NCBI RefSeq assembly: GCF_048593235.1 | Contig: NC_133618.1 | Span: 504,513,675 to 504,577,674 of the forward strand | Direction: 5' to 3' | From: Sminthopsis crassicaudata | Taxonomy: Eukaryota | DNA: 64,000 bases | In this document: positions 36,743 through 53,928 of the stretch, one piece after another | How the letters are laid out: every line of letters starts with the position of its first letter | Position numbering within the stretch: the first letter of the stretch is position 1 | Notes under the pieces: generated by a model | The model's database searches: none | Told to the model about the DNA's origin: nothing | What the model saw: the letters and a program-made list of their open reading frames with translations, nothing else | Made by a program: the position numbers and the translations under genes

Positions 36743-37224
36743 ATACACTTCTGAGTGTAGGATGAAATCCAAGCTATATTCCTCATAAACTCTACTATTC
36801 TCAAATCAGCTAGAGGGGAGGAAGAGGAAGACTTCATGAATAACAGTCCCCTAAATAGCTGAGGATGCAACCTAGTTTTTCCAACTCAAAGTGTTTGGCT
36901 CTGCCTAATGCTATGCTCAGGCTAACAAATTCCCTAACCCTCTCCCAAAAAGCCTATGGTTTTACTCTAATTTCAGGAACAAGGTGATTTTTACCCAAGA
37001 AAGGTTAGGTCCAAGAAAAGGAAGGGTAATTTAGCAGATAGTCTGGGCACTTGGAATCTATCCCTGAGGCTGAAGGAGAGAGGGAAGAAAGAGAGGGAAG
37101 ACTCAGACTGAAATACTAACGTGTTGCTCTCCAAGTGGCACCCTGTGCCCAAAAGGGCAGCTGTTGGCTGTGGTAGCTGGAGTCAGCGGCAAGCACCTTT
37201 GACAGCATCAGGACCGGATCCTGG

Positions 37225-40200
37225 TCAGGCATGCTCCGTGGGACCAGGGACAGGCCCGTTGACGTGAGGGAGCACTGGTGTGGTCCCCTGCAGAGGGGCT
37301 GTGCCAGGCTCTGCCGGAGACACTAGCAGAGGTGCAGGGAGGCCATCAGGGGAGAATGAAGTGAGGTCCTGCCTCCAGTAGGCTTCACACAGGGGCAGAT
37401 CAATTGTGTCGCAAAGACTGTAGCTTTTCCATAACCAAAAAAAAACCCCAGGAAGAAAGACAGCAGGAGCAGGGAGAGATGTGAAGGCAGGGGAAAGGGA
37501 AATAAAAGGAGGGGGGGAAAAAAGCAAGACAGAAGCAGAGCATTTAGAAAACAGTACCAATCCTTGAAGAAATCCCTACCCACCCAAATCTGACTCACCT
37601 AATTCCCAAATCCTGGCCTTCATGAAATGGCATCAACCTAAGTAAACTTGAATTTAAAACATTCAGGATCGATGCAAAACAGGACAATTACCTGCTTAAA
37701 AGAAAGATTTATTGCAGGATCCTTTTAAGTGAACCCACTATCACAGTCAAGAAAAGATATGCATTCACTCACTCATGTCCATTTATCCATTGCTTTGCTT
37801 GTGTCTACCAGTTATTTTTAAATATGAATTCCCTGGGTCCTGCAAGGTGGGAAGAAGTGTGATACCATGAAAATCATCAGAGGCCCTAGGTTCACATTCT
37901 ACCTCAGATACTTTCTACCTGTGTAACCTTAAGGGCAAGACACGGGGCTTTTGGTTTCCTCCACTTTAAAAGGAGGAGTTTGTACTAGGTGGCCTCCTGG
38001 AAATCCTCCCTGATCTAGATCTAAGGCTCCACAACTTCTGACTAAATCCATGATTTTATCACTTCTCTGAAAGCAGGGATCGCATAGGTAGGGGTTCTTG
38101 TTTTTAAAGACAAGCTCAGCACAGCACAGCACAAGACCTTCCATTAAGGCAATTGCATAACTGGCTGCAACAGTACTTATGGGTCAACCCATTTGTAGGA
38201 AGCCAATAGTTCTTGCTATGACTTTGAAATAGCAAAAACCTAAGTGAGGGGTGAGGGTGGTTAGATTTCAAGCTAGAGCTCAAAAGGTCTGGCCACAATC
38301 TGCTATATCCCTGAGGGTTCTTACATGTAAGTATTTGTACTTCACAACTGGGGCAAGTCTAAGCTGGGTAGTTCAGTGGATAGAGTTCTGGGCCTGGAAT
38401 CAGGAAGACCTTAAGACGCTTCCTATCTAGGTAAAGTAATTTCATCTTTGTTTGCCTTTGGAGAGGAATATGGCCAACCACTCCAATATCTCTGCCAAGA
38501 AAATCCCATGGACAATACTACGAGGTCAGGAAGAGGAGACATGACAACAACAGCAAAGGCTTGTTTGACTGTAAGCAAAAACAAAAAGTATAAGAAAAAC
38601 TTTCCTGGGCCTCAGTTTCTTTATCTGTAAAGTGGGAGGAGAGGGAACCTGAATTATCTCCAGGCCCCTTTCAGCTCTAGGTCCCAGTACTTGGTCCTAC
38701 CTCAGTCAAAAGCAAAGTTTCTTGGTCCCAGTTTTATAACGAGAAATGTCAATCTCCAAATGATAAATAACTATGATTGACTAAGTTCTGAGAAATTTTT
38801 ATTTTAACTGGCTGTTTTTTTTAACCTGAACTCTTGATCTTTGGGCAAGAAATCTAATCACTTTTGGACCTTCAATTTCCCCAAACCTGGTAATTTCTAC
38901 TAGATTATCTGACAAACCTTGGAATCAGCTAACTGATAGGGGAAAAAAGTGTAGAGGGAGGATTGTGGAGGAGGGCAAACCAGGTGTTGTTTCTGAAAAG
39001 GTAAATAACATCTCTTTCCTAAGTCTACATGACTCTTGGATGCTGCCTTCCCTTCTTCTAGACTTTATCTGGCTCCCCAACCCTGGAAGCCCACCACAAA
39101 CAAGAAGCAGTGGGACACTCCAAAGGAAAAAGCTGGAGAGTCAGGCTAAGGAAAAAAGCAAACAATAGGGAGACATAGCAAAGTGGGTACAAGAGAGGAG
39201 AAAGGAAAAAGAACACAGCAGGGGTGACATAAAGAGCAGCTCATATGGAGAAAACATTTCGAGATGTGCTTGGTGTCCCAGTTTGCTTACATTTAAAACT
39301 TTATTTACATGGGAATGAGATCAGGGAAATGGAAAATGGATATAGGAGGATAAGATTAAAATACTTAACAGGATGGAGACACAACTGACAGTTTCAAAAT
39401 AAGCATCATCATCATCATCATCAATCTGCCCCCTTAGAATTGCTGTAAAGGACCCTAAAAGAGGGAGTCTGGTAGGAAAAGATATGAAGGGACCATCATT
39501 TCCAACAGGGGACTATCCCACTTACCCTTACCACCATCACTATCCTAACCACCATAACATTAAGGCACTCTGGGATTTCCAGAAACATATTGAGGCATTT
39601 TACCTACTTCAGGGGGTTGGGGAAGAAAGATGAGGAGAGGTCATGGAGGATTTCAGAAGTTTAAAGCACTTGGGAATTTGAGCTGAGGTCATCTTATTAG
39701 ATAGCATGTTAAATATGAGAGAGAAGGAAAATAAATCTGTCTTAATATTATAATGAGGATAGGATATGAATAATAGAACACTGTCTAGGAGTTAGGAGAC
39801 CTGTATTCTGATTCTGGTTTTGCCACTTACTCGCTATAAGAATCAGTTACTTTTCTGTGGGTCAATTTCCTCATGAGTGGCATGAAGGAACTATATAGAA
39901 GCTATATCTCTCTATGGTTCCTTACACCTGATATTCCATGTTCTAAAGGTCCCTTCTAGCTCGAACATTCTAGGAGTCTATAATTTTGTGGTCATTTGAT
40001 TCCCCTTCTCCCAAGTCATGGAGTTCTTCCCATAGAGAAAAATCATCTTTTTTACTCCTAAAGAGCTCAATGTAGGAATTTCACCAGAAAATATTTGTGA
40101 GAAACAAAGAGAGAAACATGAAAATAAACAATTGTCTTTTCTTTCAAGGAACCAGGTGAAATGATCAAAATTGGGCAAGGATCCTGAGAATTCAGAAGAG

Positions 40201-40921
40201 ATGGGAAGGGGTGGAATAAAAAGCTTGGCATGGAATGATAGCTGGGGTTAGTATCCTTTTGCCAACTGATCTCTGGCTCTAAGAGTGCTAAATTTCTTAC
40301 TTTATATTTCAAGTATTTATAATAATTCAGGACAATTAAGAGTTGGCACAAAACTGAGCCTCTTTATGAAAATGAGAGTCACAAGAAGATTCAACTATAC
40401 ATTTTAAATCCACAGCCAGGTCTGGCCTTAGACCCTCTCCAAACTAGGTTCACAAGCCTCTTTGGTGCAAAAATGATTATTTTAAAGGCACTGCTAGGTC
40501 CAAAGAGGGAAAAAGAAGCATAAACCCACTTAGTCATAAATTTGAAGACTTTATCAGCTTTGTGAACCGGGCACAGAAATAATTCAATTTTTCTCCTTTC
40601 ATCTCAATAAAATAAGATTGAGCTAAATTGGAGGGAGAAGAGGAGAAAAGTAGGAAAGAAGAGAGCCTTAGCCTGGGGTGCATTAACTGTGGAAAGATTT
40701 CAGGGAAGCTGTGAATTAGAAAATAAAACTTACACCTTTACTTCACTAATCTCTAACTAGAAATTAGCAATTTCTTCTTTTATTTGAAAACACGGTTCTG
40801 CAAAAGGGCACAAGGGCTTTACCAGACTGCCTCAGGGGTCCATGATTAAAAAAAAAAAAAAAAAAAAAGTGAAGAACTCCAGAGCTAGATGACTTTTAAG
40901 TAATATAGAGAATTAAAAAAA

Positions 40922-40952
<31 letters not shown>

Positions 40953-43900
40953 ATTCCCAAAGTAGGTAATACCAAAATTATCAAGATTGGGCTTTGAAAT
41001 GCAGTGTGTATCTGGAGATTTTTTCCCCACTATTATTCTCAGCTTTACCCTGAATCCAATCTGTCTCCTTAATTTTATTTAGTTCAGGCTAATGTTAAAA
41101 TTGGTCTTTGTTCCCTGAGCACCTATCTTCTACATGGGAGAAAACAAGTGCAGACTCTAGCTGGCTGAGAGAAATCAGTCTATCAAAGGGAAAATTAGCA
41201 ATTTAAATGCATAACAGAGTAGCAATTGAAACTGTAGAATTAACATGGGCTATCCTATCAGAAAGGCTAAATTATAAAGGCAGCTTTGGGTAGTGTGGGC
41301 CCCAAGAGACACATTTTATTTTTTACTCTGCAGACTCAGTTTTCCACTCTATAAATAGGCTGTACTAAATGAGATTGAAGGTTTGTCTCTTGCCATCTGA
41401 AACACTTAAGTTTCTATGAGGGGGCAGCTAGGTTGTGCAGTGGATAGAGCACCAGCCCTGAAGTCAGGAGGACCTGAGTTCTAATCTGGCTGTGTGACCC
41501 TGGGCCAGTCACTTAACCCCAATTACCTCAGCAAAAAAAAAAAAAGATTCTATGAGCATTCACTGTGGGAAACCAGCAAAGCAAAAACGTAGATATTCAA
41601 CAATCTATAGTGGGTACAATGCTTTCATCCACATATCTTTGTTTGAGATCAGTTATTCTGGTTCAGAGGAGTATCCACACCTACAGCTCTATCTCCATTT
41701 ACTTTGGCATCAACAATTTCCCCAGAGAGAATAGGTACCTGGGTCACCAAAGAAGAAATAAATTTTTCTTTTAGGGAGCCAGAGATGACTGCCATCTTTA
41801 CTGGCTTTCACAGAGCTTCCAGGGTAAGAGATCATCTTATGAGGGTGAGAAAAAAATCCCACAAAAGTCAGGAAGGCCAGTAACCCTGGCAGGCACAGCT
41901 GTAGGAAGAACCAAAGGTTTCCCCCTAAGCCCCTGATTGGGTCAACTCTCCTGCTGCCTGCTCTCTGGGAGAGGTGAATGAAAAAGGAAGAGGAGGCAGT
42001 TTCACAAGCTTCTGGAGTACACAGCCCTATTTGTACCTGGATGAGTAATACTCTTCCTCCAGCTCATACAAATCAATGGAAATTTCATCCCGAAGGGAAA
42101 TGAGCTTCTTGTCACACTCATCCTGCAGTCCCCGAAGCTGCTGGTTGCGCTGATCGATGGCTTCATTCACTGAGGGAAAGTCATTGAGGATGAGAAATTG
42201 CTTGAGATCAGACACCAGCTTCATCAGGGATTCCCCGGCACGCACCTTGGTAATGTCAATGTATAAGAAGGGAGACGGGGGTTTAGGAAGATTAGAAAAG
42301 TAGCAATTTGAGGACTGGACAGAGATCTGTTTTCAGAATTACTTCCATAAAAGGGGAAGACCAAGTACTACTCTCTACATGAAGTCTTTCCTGATCCCTC
42401 TCAGCTGCTAGCACCTCCCTTACCAAGGTTAGCTGGCATAAGCTTTATGTTTCCAATATACTTAATGCATACATATAAACATGTGTGTTGTGTGAATATT
42501 AATTATGTGTGTGTGTGTGTGTTTTTTATATGGGGGGATGAATGACTTTTTTCTAGTAGGGGCCACACTCCAGATTTTTTCACCTCCAGTTTTCTAGCAT
42601 CAATTTAGGTGCTTAATAAAGGCTAGATTGAAACAAACATGCCTGATGCTTATGACCTAGCCCCTCATCTCTTTCCAGTCACTTCACAGCCTTTCCCAAC
42701 AAGGGAAACTGAGGCACCAAGGATAAATTCCACATATCTAACCTGCTGTATGCTTAAGCTGTCCCTCTTAAACTTCATGGGGAAAGTGAAGGAAGTTCTG
42801 AACAAGGAAATGTTTCTCCACAAGTTTACATATTTACTCTGAAATTATATTCCCTCTTGGTCTCTGATTTTCCAATAATAATAATAGCTTTAATTATTTG
42901 AGCCCAATTTCACAAGGACAAATTCCATACCCTACTACCCTTTCCCCATCTTGGATAATAAAATTTCAGGGCAAAAGGGCTTTTAGCACCAGCTATCAAG
43001 AAAATAATGTCCTACTGCAAGAGAGCCCCACTGAAGCCAGTTTTCATTTGTGGAGGTTTCTGGGAACAGGGGAAGCACTGAGAAGTCAAACTTATTTAGA
43101 TCACTCAAAGATTTTAATACTTCTTCACCATTTACAGGATTCCTTAGCCTGATGTTCCCTGATGCCTTAAATAATCTGGATATCTTCTACCTCTACAATC
43201 TCATCTCCCAAAGCTCTAATTTCAACTACTGTCACCTGAATGTGGGTCCTTGGATTTCTCATCTAGGTGTCTTTGCTCACAATGTTTCCCAATAATGTTC
43301 CTTCCCACCTCCCTCAGCCTGTCTAAAATCCTGTTTTATTTAAAAAGTTTTTCTTCTATGATGAACTGAACAAACACCAAGAAGCATAAACAATATCATG
43401 TATAAAAAACAAATAAACAAAAACCACCAGGAGACTGCATGCAAAACTGAACTGTTATATGTAGGGGTTTTTTTAAGTTTAAAATAAAACTTAACACAAT
43501 AATAACAAAGTCTCTTGCTTGCCTCTCATTTCTATTAGAAAGCACTCCCCAACAGCCTTGGACCCCAGGACATGTCTATCTCCCCTGAACTCTTTTGGGA
43601 ATTAACTGTTCAGGGAATACTAGTATTGGTGATTATCTTTACATGAGGGGATGAGGTATATATGACTTCTCTTTGAGGGCAAGGGAGTCTTGCTCATATT
43701 TATAACACTCACAGTGTTTAGTACAGAATTTTCTGAATAATTAAGTGCTCAGTAAAGATCTGATTAACCAATGTGAGATTTGGGGCTTTTTTTTCTCTTA
43801 TCCTTCACCTGGCCTCTTTTTTTGGAGAACTGATTGCAAAGAGCAAAAGTATTTCTTTTGGATACAACGGAAGGGTTGAGGACAAGCAATTGCATGGCCC

Positions 43901-46900
43901 AGATTCAGACTCTCAATAGGGAAGTAGTGGTGATGGAAGAGACAGAACCCAAGACTAGGTATAACCTAAGGGAAGCAAACAGAAATTGCTGTAGTTGTTT
44001 TCTGTCCCTCAAAGCAAGACGCAGAAAAGGGAGGAAGAATGAAGAACAAGGCTTACTTACAATATTGGCAGCTCTCACATGCATTTCATAATTGTCCTGC
44101 TCACCCTGAGTTGCCCGAGACACCTGAGTTTCATCTTCAATCTAGAGGAGAAATAAGAACAATTGTTAACAATGCCAATGCCTCTTGTCAGTTCAAGACT
44201 TTGCTATAAACTTCTCAGGACATAGCTGGGAGGGGAAAGGATGAAGGGAAGGAAGCAAAAAACACTTATAAAGAGAGGGAGATTCATGGCTTCCAGAAAA
44301 GTAGTGATACCTTCCTCCCCATCCCAAAAATTCTAGGTTAAGTAGAAAGTTATCCCCCCTTCGTACCTCATGGCCCAAGGTCAGGTAAAGTGAGTCTATA
44401 GCATTGAGTCCCTTCTCCCCCACAGAAAGAAAGGAAAAGCTGAGCATATATATTATATAATAATATAAATTATTATAATTTGGTCCAAAAGGGGATACAG
44501 GCAAAGAAAAGAGGTAAGAGTTCGTTTCCTAAGCTGCTGTTCTAATGATGATGATGATGGTGGTGGTAATGATAGCAATGATTATAATAATATTCCTGTG
44601 TGCTTTTGAATTGAACTGAAAGAGAATTCAGTTTGAATAAAAATTGTCCCCAAAAGGCACTACTGAATATGACTTGAATCATATAAAATGTAATTGGTAA
44701 ATATTTAACAAAATAAAGAGAAATGCAACAAAACATAGGCAATATTACTATGTGATTTCTAAGTTAATATGAAGCCTGATACGACATTTATACATGGTTT
44801 AGTGATCCTCTACTTCTATTTGAACTTGACATTAATGTTCTTGGCAACACTAGGATTACAGTTTTCAGAAAAGATGCTGACCTACATTAGCAGAAGCATT
44901 TTCCTTTCCTGGGAATTTCCTATATATCAATATAAATCATAGGTTCAGTCCCTATCTTTTATAGAAAAAAACAAAACAAAAAACAGCTCACGTTCACCAA
45001 ATCATAGGCAACACAAATATGGGAGGAATAATTATAATGATGGATGACAAGAAACTATTAAATAGCCTGACACTTTTTAACCAAAGAAAAGGAGATTTAG
45101 GGAGGCTACCCAGTTGTATTTAGATAGCTAAGAAACTGCTGTTTGGAAATGAGAATAGACTCATTCCATCCTGAAAGCAAAACTAGGAACAAAAGGTAGA
45201 AATCATAGGGAGGCAAACTTCAGCTCCATACATGGAAGAACATTCTAATAACTCTAACGATGGAAAAGTATTAAGTTTTCTGTCAAGGTTAGTAAAAGGC
45301 AGGATGGATGATTTCTTGTTAGAGATGTTGCTGGACTAGGATTGGATTGGACTGCCATCTGATTCTAAGATTTCAATAATTCTGTCTTTTGAACAGGAAT
45401 TTAATATTCCTGATGTAGCTGAAAATCTTAAGTGGCTAAAATTATATGAACTCTAGTATTAATATTAGGATCTTGTGGTGCCAAGATGGTAAAGTAAGCA
45501 AGGAATTCTCTGAAGTCCTCCCAAATTTCCCTCCAAAGAACCAGAAAAAAACTGCCTCAGAATTGATCTCGAAGTAAAGAAGTAGTTTATTAGTACAGCA
45601 GGAAAGATCTGTCTCACTGGAATGGGAAGGGAGCAGGTCCAAGAGCACAGCCAGCCTCACCATAGGGAGCCTGAAGTAAGGCACCAAGCCAGAGGTAATC
45701 TACTTGTGAGGCAGTACCCACCTGCAAACCTGCAGCTCTCTAGACAAGTCTGTGAAGTACAGCACATCCTAGAGGCTCTCCCCTCCCTCAGCATAAGCCA
45801 ACAGTGCTAATCAATAGCTCTGCCCTGGCATTGACAACACTGAGACACCACACCTCCCCCTCCCCACCCCATCCTTCCAAACATTTAAATTTTAAAAATT
45901 AAAAGGAAGGAAGAGAGAAAGGGAAAGAGAAAGGGAAGGAGGGAAGGAGGGAGGGAGGAAGGAAAGAAGGATTGATTCTAGAAAGTTACTATGGTGATAG
46001 GGAAGATCAAAGCATAAACTTAAAATAAGGTTAATCTATTTATATTTCTATATGACAATTTAATATTTGTAAAGCAATTAGAAGGAATATATGAAGATGG
46101 AGTATGTGAAAATAAGGTGACTTTGGTAGGATGATACCTGCCAAAAAAACAAAACAAAACAAAAAAGTGAGAAAGAAAACCACATTGATAGGAGGGAAAA
46201 AAAATTGAATGGGGCATTTATTTCACATAAAAGACATGAAAAAGCTATTATTATGGGAGGAAAAGATGGAGGTGGGGTTAGCAGGCAAAGCTTAAACCTT
46301 ATTCTGATCTGAAAAAGGGAATTACATATCAAAGAACTGGGAAAACGAGTAGACGCCCATCAAGTGGGGACTGGCTGAACAAGTTGTGGTATATAAAGGT
46401 AACAGAATATTATTGTTCTATAAAAAATGATGAACAAGCTGACTTTAGAAAGTCTTGGAAAGATTTACACAAACTGATGCTGAGCAGAACAAGCAGAATC
46501 AGGAATATGATATACACAATAACAGCAAGGTTGTGAGATGATTAACTATGAAATATTTGGTTCTTCTCAGTGGTTCAGTGATCTAAAGCAATCACAAGAG
46601 ACTCTGGGCAGAAAATGCCATATACAGGCAGAAAAAGAACTAAGGAGACTGAATGTAAATCAACATGCTATGTTCATTTCTTTTTTTTTGTTTTTTAATC
46701 TCTCCCATGGTTTTTCCCTTGTGCTCTGATTTTTCTCTCCCAATATGATTCGTAAAGCAATGAGTGATAAAAAAAAAAAAAAAAAAATTAATTGAAAAAG
46801 AAAAAAAAGGGGGAATTTATATATACATCTAGTTGGATTAAAAAAAAAAAAAAACTATCTTAGCCTATAAGGAAGTAAAAGGGAAAAGGATAATAGAAAT

Positions 46901-48929
46901 ATATTGAATAAGTATCTGATAAAAGCCTCATTTCCCAAATACATAGAGAACTGAGTAATATTTATAAAAATACAAGTTATTCTCAAATTGCTAAATGGTT
47001 TAAAGCGATGGTCCTCAAACTTTTTAAATAGGGGGACAGTTCACTGTCCCTCAGACTGTGGGAGGGCCGGATTATAGTAAAAACAAAAGCTCACACTCTG
47101 TCTCCGACCCTCAGCCCATTTGACATAACCCAGTGCAAGCCGCATCTGGCCCACAGCCTGTACTTTGAGAACCCCTAGGTTAAAGGATATGAAAAGGCAG
47201 TTTTCTGCCAAAGAAATTAATACTATTGGGGCAGCTAGGTGGTGCAGTGGATAGAGCAGTATCCCTGAAGTCAGGAGGACCTGAGTTCTAATCTGGCCTC
47301 AGACACTTAATACTTCCTAGCCGGGTGGGCAAGTCACNNNNNNNNNNNNNNNNNNNNNNNNNNNNNNNNNNNNNNNNNNNNNNNNNNNNNNNNNNNNNNN
47401 NNNNNNNNNNNNNNNNNNNNNNNNNNNNNNNNNNNNNNNNNNNNNNNNNNNNNNNNNNNNNNNNNNNNNNNNNNNNNNNNNNNNNNNNNNNNNNNNNNNN
47501 NNNNNNNNNNNNNNNNNNNNNNNNNNNNNNNNNNNNNNNNNNNNNNNNNNNNNNNNNNNNNNNNNNNNNNNNNNNNNNNNNNNNNNNNNNNNNNNNNNNN
47601 NNNNNNNNNNNNNNNNNNNNNNNNNNNNNNNNNNNNGAAAAAAAGTCTATAATCAAGTAGTGATCAAAGAAATGCAAATTAAAACATCTGAAGTACAACC
47701 TCACATCCATCATAGTGACCAATATGACAAAAAGGGAAGGTGTTGAGTGTTGTAGGGGATGTGGGAAAATTGGAACACTAATGTAATACATGAAGTTGTG
47801 AGGTGATCCAACCATTCTAGAGAGCAATTTGGAACTATGCCCAAAGAGCTATAAAGTTATTCACACTATTTGATCCAACAATGCCACTACTAGGTTTCTA
47901 TCACAAAGACATCTCCAAAAATGGAAAAGGATCTATTTATAGCAGCTCTTTCTATGGTGGCTAAGAATTGGAAATCAAAGTGATATTTATCAATTGGGAA
48001 ATGGTAAACAAGCTGTAGTATATGATTGTGATGGAATATTATTTTGTTATAAGAAATGACAAGGAAATGATTTCAGAAAACTGGAAAGACTTAGATGAAC
48101 TGATGTACAGTGAAGTGAGCAGAACTATAATTAATTAGGAGATACACAGTAAAAGCAATTCTTTCAAAGAACTGTGAATGACTTAGCTATTCTCAGTAAT
48201 ACAATGATCCAAAATAATCCCAAAAGACTAATAATGAAGTATACTCTCTATCTCCAGATAAAGAAATGATATTGAGTAGACTGAAACATGCTGTTTTTCA
48301 CTTTCGAGGCTTCTACAAAATGACTAATATAGAAATGTTTGCATGTGTATAATCTACATCTGATTGCTTATCATCTTATGGAGGGAGGAACAGAGGATCA
48401 GAATTTGGAACAATAATTTAACTAAAAATATTTAAAAATTTGAAAAAAGAAAGAAAAATATTAAGAAAAAAAGAGGAAGATGTTTTAGAAGTAGGAAGGA
48501 AATAGACAATAAATCATCTAAGGTATACATGACAATTCTTTCTTAACCTAAACGATACTAATCCGGAATACTACATTTTCCAACATTTTTCTGTCCTCCC
48601 TTATTCGCCTTCCAACTCTTATTTATACAAAAAGCAGATTAAGGAGAGGAACCTAGAACAACTCAGCATTCCGAATCCCAACATAATCCCTGCACACCAG
48701 TGCGGTAAAATTCAGGATGATGTTGGCACTAGAACAAGTTGCTTTTTCCCTTTTTATACAGTAAGGTGGGAGATGGTGGGAAGCTAGCTCCCTTCCTTCC
48801 ACTTACCTTGGCTGTCTTTATGATCTCAGTGAAATTATCCATGATTGACTTGATATCATCTTTCAGTCTCTTGTTGTAGGACTGAAGGAGGGTCTCTTTG
48901 CTCTGGGGGAGGACTCTTTGTTGAGCCAT
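37225..48929 (-). CDS. MED22: Mediator subunit 22 (SURF5). Long isoform 203 aa: exons 48929-48807, 44141-44061, 42245-42037, 37423-37225. Short isoform 140 aa reads through to the stop at 42029-42027 (...YYSSRYK*)
   Basis: Translates [41 protein letters not shown] / [27 protein letters not shown] / [23 protein letters not shown]... / ...DLPLCEAY...PGPTEHA. Exons 123/81/209/199 nt with GT-AG sites. AATAAA near 36385. Non-coding exon 1 donor at 50072. Confidence 0.97.
41420..41545 (+). mobile_element. WSINE1-type CORE-SINE with TSD
   Basis: gggggcagctagg...ctcagc(A)13. TSD aagtttctatga / aagattctatga. Further copies at 47228-47337, 57451-57596, ~57618-57770 and ~58028-58150. Confidence 0.85.
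47006..47177. mobile_element. Non-autonomous hAT MITE, OposCharlie1 (OC1)-like
   Basis: Degenerate 15-bp TIRs cgatggtcctcaaac / ctttgagaaccccta (recalled consensus caggggtcctcaaac). 8-bp TSD gtttaaag / ggttaaag. Confidence 0.75.
47338..47636. other. Assembly gap (299 N)
   Basis: Run of N that cuts a SINE on its left side. Confidence 1.
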
Positions 48930-50072
48930 CGCATTACCCTAGGAAGGCAAGTCAAAGAAGAGATGAATCATGTATGAGTAGTAGTGGAAGCAGCATACTT
49001 TAGTGAATGGAGCACTGCACTTGAGATTCACTAAGACCTGGATTCAAATCCAGCCTTAGACACCTATGAACATAAGGTCCCGTCCCCGCTCTTTTAATGT
49101 ATAAGTTCTAAAACAAAAAGGAACAAGGTGCCATGGAGCTGGAGTCCAGAGACCAGTCTCTGGTTCAAGGCTGTCACCTCGCAGCTCTCAACCAAAATAC
49201 TGGCTTGTGATGGCAACCAGTGCTACTAGGAGGCTGACTGACTCCAGGCACGTGTCAAACTCCGAGTCTTATTTTCTTCCCATGTAGAGGGGGGCTAATA
49301 AACTCCCAGATCAGGGAGACGAGAGCTCAGCTCTGGCCTCGGATCTTTCCCAGCTGTGACTGATCCCATCACTGCCTCCTTATCTGTGAAGCGGGGCGGA
49401 GGCAGCTAACTTCCCGGACTGTTTCGAGGATCCAGCGAAATAGTCCTCTTACTAGTCGCTGACGTTATTTCCTTATACTCTCACTCGCTTGTCTGCAGCC
49501 AGTAAGGACTTAGCGTTTGCTCCTCTGCCCCCGAATTTCCGCGTCTCTAAGATGGGGGTGAGGGCGGATTTGACAGCGCCCATTCCTCAGGGTTAGAGAG
49601 GAAAGCGTTTGTAAACTTTGAGGAGCACAGAAACGTGAGTGAGGATGACAAGGTGGCTTGGGGACTTCCTTCAGCAGACCCGACCCCGAAAAGCGCTCGA
49701 TAAACGCTGGTCTGAGCCGCTTTCCTCCCCTGAAACGCGGGGTTGGACTTTCTCTATCCCAGTTCGGTATGTAAAGTCCTACTCCGATTCAAGATGATTA
49801 GGCCCCGGCCTAACAGAGGCCTCTGCCCGAGCGCTGGGGATACAGGGGAGGGGAGAAGGAAACGAGCCGGTGCCCAGGAGGCTTACACTCCCTCCGCGGG
49901 CCGCGCGCCTCCCAGCTCAGGCACAGCGCGTGCAGTCGCCGGCCAGGACAGCAAGGCCGCCCGCGGGCGGAACAGAGGGAGGGACGGGCCGCGAGTAGAA
50001 GTGACCCAGGAGGCTGCACAGCCGGATGGAGATAACGAAAATGCCAACCAGGACCCTTCCGGGGACCTTTAC

Positions 50073-50327
50073 CTGTCTTCCCTGGGAGTCGGAAGTTGAC
50101 CTTCCTCAGCCCAGCTCTCTCTCAACCAGAGTACATGCGCAGAGATCACTTTAAAAGCTTTGCCCGGAAGAAGCAAGAACTTCCTCTCTGGCCTTTAAGA
50201 CCGCCTCCTTCCCACAAATCCTAAAAAAACCGTAAATCTCGCGCATGCGCGAGGCCTCGCGAGAGTCGAGGCGTAATACATATTACCCACAAGTCTCTTC
50301 TCTTCCTTTCTCGTTCTGCCGGCCAAG
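50073..50327. promoter_or_regulatory. MED22/RPL7A bidirectional CpG-island promoter, including MED22 exon 1 (-) and the RPL7A 5'TOP tract (50295-50312, +)
   Basis: Perfect 16-bp palindrome CTCGCGCATGCGCGAG at 50238-50253 (NRF1-type core), CTCGCGAGA at 50256-50264 (BANP/ZBTB33-type), CCGGAAG ETS motif at ~50165, and a pyrimidine tract before GCCAAGATG. Confidence 0.88.

Positions 50328-53928
<3,601 letters not shown>

Larger units (their letters stand above)
46300..48460 (+). mobile_element. Old L1 ORF2/3'UTR remnants in MED22 intron 2, interrupted by a MITE, a SINE and the gap
   Basis: Decayed [12 protein letters not shown]-, EMQIK- and CWRGCGK-like coding remnants followed by A-rich tails. 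Similar remnants at ~25190-25520 and ~57100-58740. Confidence 0.75.

Noticed and set aside
47288-47827. ORFs of 179 and 111 aa
   Set aside because: Artefacts of translation through the N gap.
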